From Psammoneis japonica (taxonomy: Eukaryota): 64,000 nucleotides of DNA. The notes below the pieces were generated by a model that was not told where the DNA came from, did not search any database, and was given only the letters and a program-made list of their open reading frames with translations. The stretch's first letter is position 1. Every line of letters starts with the position of its first letter. Made by a program: the position numbers and the translations under genes. Below, piece after piece: positions 1-11,464 of this stretch. The stretch spans positions 1-64,000 of the forward strand of contig QPGO01000271.1 in the NCBI GenBank assembly GCA_008632985.1, read 5' to 3'.

Positions 1-213
1 AGGTTCATGTGGGTGGATCATGGTGAAAATTCTTGCTGAAGGCTCGCATTGACAACGTCGCTTCTGTTGCATCACGACCAACCTTGTGCGTTGCCACTCA
101 TGCTGTGTGTTTTGTTTGGGCTTTGCGCACTTGTGGCCGTTTGGCTCATGCGCGATTTCTCTTTCTGCGCTGTTTTTTTGTTCTGCAGGGTCTCCGTTGT
201 CACAAGGCGTCTG

Positions 214-1087
214 ACAGAATTCGAAGAAGAGCTGGATGCCGGCATGTCACTCTCTGGCTGAAACACATCCAGCTGCTGTGTGCAAAAAGCCTCTCAACTT
301 GAGCTGTGTGGCAAGTGGTCCAGCTGGCAACCGGCTGCTTGATGGCCTGGGCTCGAATCCTGGGCATCGCATTTTTCAAGTCGTTGGGTCAGATTTGGTC
401 GAGTTGGTCAATCTTGATCAAATCCTGTCATGACGCAATTCTCAGAGTGACGCGCGTGTCTCTCTGTCTCAAAAACGGGGCATGCCTGCCTCAGGGGGAC
501 AGCATTGTCGGGAAGCCCCCCATGAAACCGTCGGGGCAGAATGGGGTGTTGCCGGTGTGCAGAGGGCAGCCGCTCAGCATGCTTTGAATGAGGGGGGCGC
601 GAACAATTGCCCAGGGAGTTTGGAATCTGTCAGCGATGCAGTCGACATTGGCGCGCTGTGGGGAGCGCCATGCACTGCGGCGAGAGTCCATGTTTGAGCC
701 CTGTCTTCAACTCCGGCATCAAAGATGTGGGTGGGTCCCTTGACAGCAGCGGAGCTGTGTGAGAGGAGCGATTCAACCTGCCCGTCCGAACGATCCTGGG
801 TGACTTGGAAACCTTGTGGGGGCGATTCGGGGACAGCTGCATCTGACAGATTCATGACACATGGGGAGCAACAGAATTCGAAGAAGAGTTGAATGCCGGC
901 ATGTCACTCTCTGGCTGAAACACATCCAGCTGCTGTGTGCAAAAAGCCTCTCAACTTGAGCTGTGTGGCAAGTGGTCCAGCTGGCAACCGGCTGCTTGAT
1001 GGCCTGGGCTCGAATCCTGGGCATCGCATTTTTCAAGTCGTTGGGTCAGATTTGGTCGAGTTGGTCAATCTTGATCAAATCCTGTCA
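214..1087 (+). repeat. ~217-bp direct duplication (214-430 and 871-1087)
   Basis: ACAGAATTCGAAGAAGAG...GATCAAATCCTGTCA occurs twice, essentially identical over the last ~195 bp. Confidence 0.9.
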
Positions 1088-1842
1088 GTGTCCCAGAGAC
1101 ACTTTTTCTTGTCAAGAATGTCGCCTCTGAAGCACGATGGCCACGGCAATTCAACGACAAAGCCAAGTCACAGACACAGCATCAGGAAGAGTTCACGACA
1201 AACATGGTGACTTGGAGCCATGATGTCTTCAGCTGGGTGAGCTCTCAGGAGCTCAAACACATCATCGTGCAGTTTTGACAACATTTCTCCCTGACCCGAC
1301 TGTCCATGGTGATGCGGAGTTTGATTTGGCAGACCAGTGCATCATGGTGGCTCTAAAGGCAAAGATTGCTTCTTTTGGCTGCAAGGCAGCATGTGACCCA
1401 GAAACATGTGACTCATTTGCACTGTTTGTCAGCCAGCGCAACAACGTCAGAGCGCAAATTGCAGCGATCCTGACCACCCTTCTCACAGGTGATTTTTGCT
1501 GCCATCACAGGCACAAATGTCAAGGCTTCAATCCTTGGCAGTTGTGTGGACCACGGCTTTTTGTCACATGTCACAGTGTGCAATTTTTCACCATGGGAAC
1601 CCACCTTGTCCCATGGGATCCAACCCTTGACTGTCAGAGTGCCGTCCCTTTTTACCTTTTCAATGCGAAATTCAAAACATTTGGTCTGATGACAAGTCAA
1701 TGCTGATCATTGCATTTCACGGGTTTAAGGAACCTTCCATTGTGAACACTGGTTGTCAAATGAAAGTTTGGATCATGCAACAATGACCATCAAATGCTTC
1801 ATTAAACCCCGCAACTGTTTGCATTGAACACTGATGCGTTGC

Positions 1843-3710
1843 TCACCCGCTTTCCCTTCTCACACCAACAAAAGCCTCCGCTGCATTTTTGTGCTGCAGC
1901 TTGCTCATCATCTGCATCCTCTTCCTTGCTGTCCTTGTCTCCTCTGTTCTTGTCCGTTGCCTCTTCCTCCTTCTCCTTGTTGTTGCTTGAAAGCTCTGTT
2001 GTTGCCTGCATTCTTGCCTCCTTCCCCGCTGGCTTTGTCTTTCTTTTTGATCCCTTGCCTCTTTGTCACTCTTCCTTTTCTTGCCTTCGCTGCACCATGT
2101 GTCGAGCTGCATGCCCTCCTCACGCAACCTGTCTTTCTTCACTTCCGCAAGCAGTTCGTTGAATCGCAATGTCCCTGCATCCTTCCACGAGTCTTGTTGC
2201 CTTGACAGGTCCATGTGCTTGGGTGTTGGTTCCGACTCTTCCTCATCCTCTTTGTCTGAGCCCACCCAGCTCCAACAGTCTTGTCATGACGGGCCTTGTG
2301 CTCCCAACTCTTCCAGCAGTTTTCCAGCATCAACAGCCCCAGAGCCTCGTTGCTTGCTGTGGCCAGACCGGCTGCCTTCCTTCTCCATGTTGTGGTGCTC
2401 TTCGTGAATTTCAGGACGTTTTCGTAGAACCAAGCATGTGCTTCCTTGTTCTTGCGCTTGTCCTCCACAATCGTCTTCAACACTTAAAATCTGATGCTTT
2501 TCATCAATGATTCTCTTCTCTCAATTGCAGCACAATTGAGAATCAACCAAATCTTTCAATGTGTGTGTTTTGTCAATTTTGCCATTCCTTGTCATCTTTT
2601 GAAAATTTTGAATCCATGCAAATTCCAGTTCAAACCTCTCTGTCGCTGCAATGTCAAAATCCACTTCCATGCTGTCAACAGCATGCACAAGCATTTCGCT
2701 CAAAACATCATCGTGAAAACGTGCACCTGTGAAAGTCATTTTTGCTGCAATGAACAAACCCCGCACATGCTTCAACAGAACCAAGCATGCGCTCCCTTGT
2801 TCTTGCGCTTGTCCTCCACAATCGTCATCACTGTCTCCTCTTCCCAAGTCACCAGGAACGGCTCTTCATCTGCTGTCTGATCGTTCTTCTTCCTCTTCTT
2901 GCACTGACCGTGCATCCCCTTGGCTTTGTTGTCTGTCAACACGACTTCAGCAAACATGGGTGCACTTGCCAGCCGTTGCAATGTTCTTGATCGCCTGAGT
3001 GACCGTGCTCTTTTTCGCGTTGATCGCGTGCATGACGCACTTCTTTGCCCAGTCTTCCCATGCTCCTGCCCAGCCTTGCTTGCTGCAATTGCCACCGGCT
3101 GTCTTTTTCCTGATGAGCCGTGACACTTTGCCGCTGCTTGCCATGTCCGCCTTGACAAGTGACTTTGCCTTCAGGAACAGTTCCTTCCGCGCCACCTCTT
3201 CCACCTCTCTCTTTGTGGACTGGTGATCCCCAGTGGCTCCCATCCGCACCAACGCCGCTGCCAGCCTTTGGCTGGTTGGTTGATCTCCAGCCACCCCCAC
3301 ACTTTCTTGCTTCTTCTTCCTTGCCATTGCCTGTGCCACTGTTGCCAATTGTGGGTGGCTCCATGCCTTGGTTCCCCAGCTCATTTCACCATTGGGAAAT
3401 TTTCAAACCTCTCTTTAACACTAAAAATCTGATGCTTTTCATCAATGATTCTCTTTTCTCAATTGCAGCACAATCGAGAATTAACCAAATCTTTTGATGT
3501 GTGCATGATTCAACAATTTTGCCATTCCTTGTCATCTTTTGAAAATTTCGAATCCATGCAAATTCCAGTTCAAACCTCTCTGTTGCTGCAATGTCAAAAT
3601 CCACTTCCATGCTGTTGACAGCACGCACAAGCATTTTGCTCAAAACATTGTGAAAACATGTGCCTGCAAAAGTCATTTTTGCAACAATGAACAAACCCCA
3701 CACATGCTTT
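1843..3710 (-). pseudogene. Degenerate TE-associated accessory ORF, internally duplicated; same family as 42965-44140
   Basis: SWKDAGTLRFNELLAEVKKDR and HAWFYENVLK resemble GWSKEGIKKCN..VVKDR and HVWFLETVV at 42965-43702; block ~2483-2772 repeats at ~3418-3710. Confidence 0.45.
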
Positions 3711-4865
3711 GATGACGTTCTGGTTTGCTGGTGGGGCTGCAGCACATCCATCCTTTTTGGCGCCAAATCGTTTTTTCCAGTCCACTTCGTCATCCCCCTC
3801 TGACCTTGTGGCTCTAAACCTGCTGCATCGCCCAATGTCCAAACAATCAGTCATGCAAATGAAAGCCCTGTCTCCGCTCCGGCAAATCTCACAAATTCGT
3901 TAACTTTGACGCGCCGTCGTCTCTCCACCCAACGCATTTCCTCTCTCCTGCTGTGAAAGTTCTCCCGCTCATCCTCCTCCTCTGCAATTAAATCCAGTGT
4001 CCATTCATTGACTGTCCTTGGAGACAACAGGAAGAACTCCATTTCCTCACAGAACCACAGTCTTTCAGGGTGGTCTTGCAAGATGTCACGCTGGAACCAC
4101 TTTGCCAGTTTCAATGCATTGCAAACAATGCCCTTTTTGTCCATCAACGGTCCACAAGTGCCTCCCCTTGGTGATGTTTCTCCCAACGGTCCGCAAGTGC
4201 CTGTCTCGTCCATTCCACAAGTCGGCAAGCTGATGCTCGACTTCTGTCTCAATGTCAAAACGTCTCCCCAGTCCATGACCAGTTTTGCATCATCAAACGC
4301 ACCCGCTGCAAATTCATCCCGCAGCTCACTCTCTCCAAGGAGGGCAGGAATGCACACACGAAGGCACCCAAAGTGCCCTTTGCACAGAGAGTTGGCTTGT
4401 CTGGCAATGGAGAGTTCCTCAAAGAAGTGATCAAGGTCAGGAGGGTGCTCGGTTCGGACACAAGATGTGGTGGCGGAATCACATGAAGGAGCATTGTTTG
4501 AGAATGTGCGCCAGTTTTCCCGCAAGTTGTCCGCCAGGTGAAAGTCGGCGGAATGACAAAGCAACCGATCAGTGTTGGTGGCTTTGTCAATGATGTGCAG
4601 GTGTGACAACTGAGAAGCAACTTCCTTGGTGGTGGCGGGCCGACACTTGGACAGGTCAAAGCAATTGCAGAGTGTGGACTTGTCCAGCCACGACATGTCA
4701 TCAGGGTTGCTGGGAGGAGACGCAACCGCAGGAAGATTTGCCGAGACAGATGGAGGAGAGGAGCGCATTTTGGACAAAGGACCTTTGGAGGTGGGAGCAG
4801 GATTTTGGTTTTCCATCATTTCTGAGAGTGACGGAAGTTTGGTGGTGAGGGTCCGGCGCGCCTCC

Positions 4866-5203
4866 GACGCGTTCCAGCCCCAGGTGGGAGCTCGCAGCAC
4901 TGACGTGTGACACAAATGATTTTTGTCGTCCGTTGCATGTTTCGCACGTGCATTTCCACGTGTGACATTTTAAAAAAAATGTCCAGAAGCACTGTTTTGC
5001 GAAGCCCCAGACGTTTTGTGTGACAAATTTGTGGAAACAACAATGCGCCAGTTGCGTTCTTCAATGTCTGAAGAATGCAACTGGCTGAGTAAAAAACGAT
5101 GCACTTCACATTTTAATTGCCGTGTGATTTTACTGCGGAGCTCGCACGCAGAATTCTGTGGGCCCAATGTCACACTGATTCCCACCTGCGCCTGGAACGC
5201 TTC
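4866..5203. mobile_element. MITE (GACGCGTTCCAG-TIR family), TSD CTCC
   Basis: Ends GACGCGTTCCAGCCCCAGGTGGGA / TCCCACCTGCGCCTGGAACGCTTC; CTCC at 4862-4865 and 5204-5207. Confidence 0.9.
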
Positions 5204-6413
5204 CTCCCCAGACAATGGCACATCACCAGACAATGAAGGAGGTGCTGGTTTTGAGCGAGATGCAGTCTTGGCCTTCTTGTCAGGGACGGTCAAGGAAGGC
5301 TCTGGTGAGGCGTGTGCAATCATGGAGTGTGAGAAGGGACATTGAGATGACAGATGCAGGCAGAAAGGCAAAAGGTGGGAGGTGGGCGGGTTGCTTGCCA
5401 TTGCACAAACAGGTGCCATCTTTGCGGATCCTCTTAATTTTGCATTTGGTTTTAGATTTGCAATGTTGTTTGTCATCATCTTCCAAGCAGTCAGCCCTCT
5501 GATTGCGCATTCTGCAACAAAGCATTGTGAGCTGCTTGCTGTGCCCAGGCCAGATGCCATTTTGCTCCTTGGGACAACGGTTTTCAAATTCATGATTCAA
5601 CATGGAATTGATTTTTTCTTCATGAGCCTCCTGGCATGCAAGGGAATCGCCTTGCATCATCACCGTGTTCTTGATGTTGCCGGTTGGGTCACCAAGGAAC
5701 CCCTTGATCTCGCCCACCTGGGAACCAGTGTCATCAGCATCGCATGCATCCAGAAAGCTGTTGACAAAGAGGCGCCATTCCTTTTGGGCATTGACATGAC
5801 AGAAAATCTTCAGGGACCAACAGTCCATGTCCTTGGGTTTGCACTGAACGTAACACATGACGATGTCAGTGACAAAATGGGCACTGTGGAGGTCTTGGGC
5901 TTGATCGTTGATCAAACTTTGGAGACTTTTGCGCAACATAAAAATCAGAAACAAGGCTGACCACATGCGGGATCATTTGGGTCGTCTCCGGCAATGATCG
6001 TGTGAACAAATTCTGCCATCGCCTGGATGTCACGGTGGAGAAGCATGCGGTTCTGCTGTTCCTTTTCTGTCTCTCCGGACATTTTGGAGAAATGAAGAGC
6101 CTCCTTGAGATTTTTGCATCGTGGGACACACTCACCTTTCACTCAGCGGGATTTCTTGATGGACCAACCTCAAGTCAGGAATCACAACAGCACACCCTCT
6201 CGTCAAATGCATTTTGGGGAGAGGGTGTGCTGCTGTGAAATGGGCAGAGCATTGCACATGCAGAAAATGTGCCAAAATGCAGGCAGGGAGCTGCTGATTG
6301 GAAAGCTGGTGGGTGAAGGTGAAAACAAGGTAATTTTTTGGTGTCATTGACAGAACACAAAAGAGGAGGGGAGGAGAGAGAGAGGAGAAGAGAGGAAAAG
6401 GGAGATGAAGGGA

Positions 6414-6809
6414 GATGCGTTCCAGCCCCAGGTGGGAGCTCGCAGCACTGACGTGTGACAACAATGATTTTTGTCATCCGTCGCATGTTTCGCGTGCAGA
6501 TTTCTACATGTGACATTTAAAAAAAATTGTCCAGACTTGCTGTTTTGCGAAGCCCCAGACGTTTTGTGCAACAAATTTACAGAAACAACAATGAGCCAGT
6601 TGCATTCTTCAATGTCTGAAGAATGCAACTGGCTGAGTAAAAAATGATGCACTTCAATCATGTGCGAGTTTGTGCATTCGCAAAATTGCCTCATTTTCTG
6701 TTGGCGATCATTGACATTTTAATTGCCGCACAATTTTGCTGCGGAGCTCGGACACAGAAGTCTACGGGCCCAATGTCACACGGATTCCCACCCACGTCTG
6801 GAACGCGTT
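6414..6809. mobile_element. MITE, same family, TSD GGGA
   Basis: GATGCGTTCCAGCCCCAGGTGGGA...TCCCACCCACGTCTGGAACGCGTT; GGGA on both sides; interior aligns with 4866-5203. Confidence 0.9.
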
Positions 6810-8615
6810 GGGAGAAAGAGTTCAGTGCTGCAAGTCCAAGTGTGTGTTGTCATGCTTTGTTTTGATGCAAAAAATCTGGTTCTTTGGTGTGCCTCCAACG
6901 AACATGAAAAAGACACAAACTTTGTAGAAACAAAGCAACAATGAATGCAAAACAGTTTTCCACATTCAAGTGAGACAACGCAGTGCAGAAAACCATCACA
7001 AAAAACCACCATGATGGCGCAGAAGCAGCCGATGCTTGACCATTGCCGTCAAACCTTCTCTTGCAAACAACGCCAATGCAGGTCAACTCCACATTTTACT
7101 CTGACATTGTGTGTCCAAGAAAACAGAGGTGAGAAAGTCCAAAAAAGGATGAAAACTCCTTCTGTGTTTTTGCTGCTGTTGGCATTGCTTGGTTCTCACA
7201 CGGCTGGCAAGGAGTTGGGCCACGGTGATGCCATCGATGGATGTTGGGAACACAAAATCGACTTTGCTGAAGAGCACACAACAAATCGCAGCTGCGAGCA
7301 GGGGCTGCAATGCAACAATGCCATCAATGAAACTTGGGAAAGGGGAGGGGCTGTGGAAATGCTGAGGGGCTGCGTGATGCCGTTGGGCCATGGTGTCACC
7401 CTTGGGATGCCAGTCGAAAGTCAAAACAGCAGTGAGAGATGGAAATGGATGCACCTGTCATGAGGGCATGTTTGCTTTTTGTGTTGACAGAAGGCAAGTT
7501 TATGGTCACTCTTGCTGGTGATTGCTGGTCTGGCTGAATGGCACGACAGCAGCGCAGTGTTGATTTCCCAGTTGCAGATGCATCTGGTGCTCACATGAAT
7601 GTCTGCCTCCACGTCCTTTGCAGTCTTGACGTTGGCAGGCACGGCAAGTCCTCCTGCCCCTTCTCTCTTTGTCAGGGCCACGCAAGACTGTGGCGGAGCC
7701 AATGAAAAGCACTGTCAAAGTCAACGTTTCCATGAATGTGCAACAAATTCGTCAAAACAAAACTTGTTTTTTGATGACAAAACACATGTTGAAAGTCTTT
7801 GGCAAACTTAAATCAAAACAAAAAGGTGACAACTGCACACACAAAAAGAAAATGACAAATTCAACTTGACTCTTAAAATTGAAATTGAAGCTGAACAATG
7901 ACAACATGCTTTTGTGCAATTCATTGTTCCGAAATTTACAAAGGAAAGTGAGCAACACTGCATTGCCACCTCTGATGAAATGTGGAGGGTGAAGGATGGG
8001 ACAAATGGGTCATTGTGTCAAGTCTCAAAAGCAGCTCAAGAGCTTCAGCCAACAAGAATCGTTGGCTTTGTAATTCATCAAGTGAGTGAATGGCAAATGG
8101 CGTTGATTTGGCTGACAGCACAGCCAACATGCGGGTGCGCCTTGACAATCTGTTGCGCTGCATTCTGATGTTGTGGAATGAAAAGAATGACTTTGGTTCA
8201 CATTGATCCATCATGACAGAAGTGTGCAAGCTTTCCCTGGCCCTTTTGGAGCAATCGGGTGAGTGAAAGAGGAGCCACAGAAAGATGCGGACGATGCCAT
8301 TTTGATGCATGGTCATCACGTGGTGTTGTCGTGAGTCGCTGATGGGCGTGCCATGCTTTCTGTTTTTGTCACAGTGCACCTCATTTCTGCATTTCATTTC
8401 TCTGCTTAATTTTTACAAACATTTGCCAAATGTGTTTTGCGTCTGACTTCAGCTCTGCACTTCACCCCTGCTTCCCATTTCCCATTTCCTTTTCCCTTCT
8501 CAGCTTTGCTTTCCCTTTGGCCTTGCTGTTTTGCTTTTGCCCACTGCCCAAACCCCAACCCTGACCCTGAACAAAGGAAGCGCACAAGTCAAGATGAAAA
8601 GCAAAAGACATGACA

Positions 8616-8757
8616 ACACCCCGACTCGCCCGCACCCCGACTCGCCCGACTCGCCAACACCCCGACTCACCGACACCCCGACTCGCCGACACCCCGACTC
8701 GCCAACACCTCAGCTTGTCAACACCCCGACTTGCCAACACCCTGACACCCCAACTTG
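8616..8757. repeat. Degenerate minisatellite of ACACCCCGACTCGCC-like units
   Basis: Tandem alternating CACCCCGA / CTCGCCGA octamers. Confidence 0.85.
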
Positions 8758-9130
8758 TCAAATCTCATTGGGGGCATGTGCCACAGCTGCACTCATGATC
8801 ACGGGCCCAAACAGCTTCACTCAAAAAACCATCAGCAAAATCTTCCATGTTGTCAAATTTGACATCATCTCTTCCATGTTGGCAAAATTGATCAGACCAA
8901 GGTCAACCTTGCACGCAGGTGGAGCAAAGTCATTGGCTGTCATGAGCCCTGAAAACCCATGCGTGCGATTTCTTGCATGTGATGCATGAGCTGGTTTGGG
9001 TTCCACAAATCACACAAAATCACTCACTCCATGACACAGCAGCTGATGGAGAAACATTTGTCATTCTTCTGACTCCTCTCTTTTCTTTCTTGCAATTCAT
9101 CCTGTCAAAGATGTTGAAAGAACCTTCCAT

Positions 9131-11075
9131 TGCTGGCCAAATGTCTCCTCCAAAGTTCCAAATCAAAAGCACATTTCAAGGGCCAACAAAGGCAGGTCAA
9201 TTCTTTGGTTTTGCATCAAAGACAATTTGCATGGTGGCCTCTGTTGACTCATTGCCCCTGTGATTGCACCTCCTCTGTGCACGCTCAAATTGTGGTTTGC
9301 TCATGGCACCAGGCAGTGGCCAAATGGCCACTTCAGAGCCAGCGCTCTTTTTTTTGTCCAGTGGGTGACTCGAATTCCTGCCCCATTTGCCGCATGACAA
9401 CACACGGGGCCAAAGCAATTTTGGGGCCCTGCCCCAGGGCTTTTTCAAAATGAGCCACATGAACAAGCTGACAAACTCAAAGAAAATGCACAGGCATTGA
9501 TGTTTCTGTTCTTTTGAACAAGTGCACCAGCCAAAAAGAGACTCAGCTTGCCACCACTTGCAACCCGTGCTGCCCCTCCAACAGTGCTTGACCATGCAGC
9601 TGCAATGAAATGGATGAAGGACAGCAACATTGAATGCCGCAGGTCTCCTTTTGCACTGTGCTCCTCAAAAAGATGTGCTCCAGCCACATGTGGGCCAAAC
9701 CGTGCACAAAAACGACATTTGCACGATTTTTGCACAGTCCCCAACTTGCAATTGATTTTTCACCACCAAAAGCACAGATTCACACAAACACAAATGATTT
9801 GTGACATCAACTGTTTTTTGGATCGTGTTGCATGTCACGCGCACATTTCCACGTGTTGTGTTCTCCGAAATTGTCTCATGCTCCCTGTTTTGCAAAGCCA
9901 AAGGCTTTCTATTTTCAACATTTGTGAGAACGAAAATGCACTGGATGTGTTCTTTGATGTCTGAAGAACACACCCGGGCTAACTGTTGATGATGTGCTGC
10001 AAGCATGGAGGAGGAGATGCGTTCGTAAAATTGCCTCTTTTTCTGTTGGTGATCATTTGCATTTTCATTGCAGCACAAATTTGCTGCGGAGCTCGCACGT
10101 GGAATTCTGTGGGCCCAATGTCGCACGGAGTCCCGCCCAGGACTGGAGCCCGTCTGCTGGCCAAATGTCTCCTCCAAAGTTCCAAATCAAAAGCACATTT
10201 CCAGGACCAACAAAGGCAGGTCGATTCTTTGGCTTTGCGTCAAAAACAATTTGCATGGTCGCCTCTGCTGACTCATTGCCCCTGTGATTGCACCTCCTCT
10301 GTGCGCGCTCAAATTGTGGTTTGCTTGTGGCACCGGGCAGCGGTCAAATGGCTGTTTCAGAGCAAGTGCTCTTTTTTTGTCCAGCGGGTGACTCAAATTC
10401 CTGGCCCATTTGCTGCATGACAACACACGGGGCCAAAGCAATTTTGGGGCCCTGCCCCAGGGCTTTTTCAAAATGAACCACATGAACAAGCTGACAAACT
10501 CAGGGAAAATGCACAGGCGTTGATGTTTCTGTTCTTTTGAACAAGTGCGCCAGCAAAAAAGAGACTCAGCTTGCCACCACTTGCAACCCGCACTGCCCCT
10601 CTTGTGAAACACTTGCAAAAATTTAGCAGAAACAGGGGCTGCTGGAAAAAGCTGGCATCACACCCATGAGCATTTTATGCAGTGTCACCAAACCAGCTCA
10701 GAAAGGGAAAAAAAAAACAGACATCTTCATGAATGAGAGCAACACAAACAAACATGCAATGAAGCCACTCAAGATTGCAAGGCTGTTTGGTTTGTGTTGG
10801 ACACCATGTTTGAAGATGCTGTGAAAGTGTGCAAGAACTCAGCACACCCAACAGTGCTTGACCATGCAGCTGCAATGAAACAGATGAAGGACAGCAACAT
10901 TGAAAGCCACGGGTCTCCTTTTGCACTGTGCTTCTCAAAGAGATGTGCTCCAGCCACATGCGGACCAAGCCGTGCACAAAAACAACATTTGCGCAATTTT
11001 TGCATGGTCCCCAACTTGCGATTGATCTTTCATCACAAAAAGCACAGATTTGCACAATCACAAATGATTTGCAAC
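9131..11075 (+). repeat. Local duplications: 9131-9580 ~ 10155-10602 and 9579-9805 ~ 10849-11075, with a chimeric MITE (9672-10154) between
   Basis: TGCTGGCCAAATGTCTCCTCCAAAGTTCC and CAACAGTGCTTGACCATGCAGCTGCAATGAAA each start two aligned blocks. Confidence 0.8.
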
Positions 11076-11464
11076 TCCAACAAGACTTGTGTGAGTGTTG
11101 CAATGTCATTGTTTTTTTGCAATCTGTGTTGTTTGTTGCAACAAACAAGTTGCAACACAACGGATGATTTTTGGCAAAATTGTTGCCATCACTTTGAAGT
11201 TGACACAAACAACTTTTCTGCTGTGATGTCAGGTGTGGGTTCCACCTGCACGCACGCATTGAGTCTGCTGAGGGAGTTTGTGACACATGTCCCATGAGGA
11301 CTTGCACACCTGTGAAAAAACCAACAAAATGTGCGCATTCTTGACACCTGCAAAAACCCCTCCTTTCAAGCTTTTTACACACAAATGCTTCACACACGAG
11401 AGATTCACAATTTGTGCTCAAAATTGATTGTTGTTTTGTGCATCACCTGGGGCTGGAGCACGCC
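10942..11464. mobile_element. MITE, related subfamily, TSD AAGA
   Basis: GATGTGCTCCAGCC...GGCTGGAGCACGCC flanked by AAGA on both sides; fragments recur at 58323-58445 and 62608-62898. Confidence 0.8.

Noticed and set aside
7149..7463. Secreted host protein (MKTPSVFLLLLALLG signal-like start)
   Set aside because: Short, no recognisable domain, fully TA-converted; cannot be supported.
8616..8757. CRISPR array or telomeric repeat (also considered for 62532-63140)
   Set aside because: No unique spacers, no cas genes, eukaryotic TE context; units are degenerate and not a known telomere motif.
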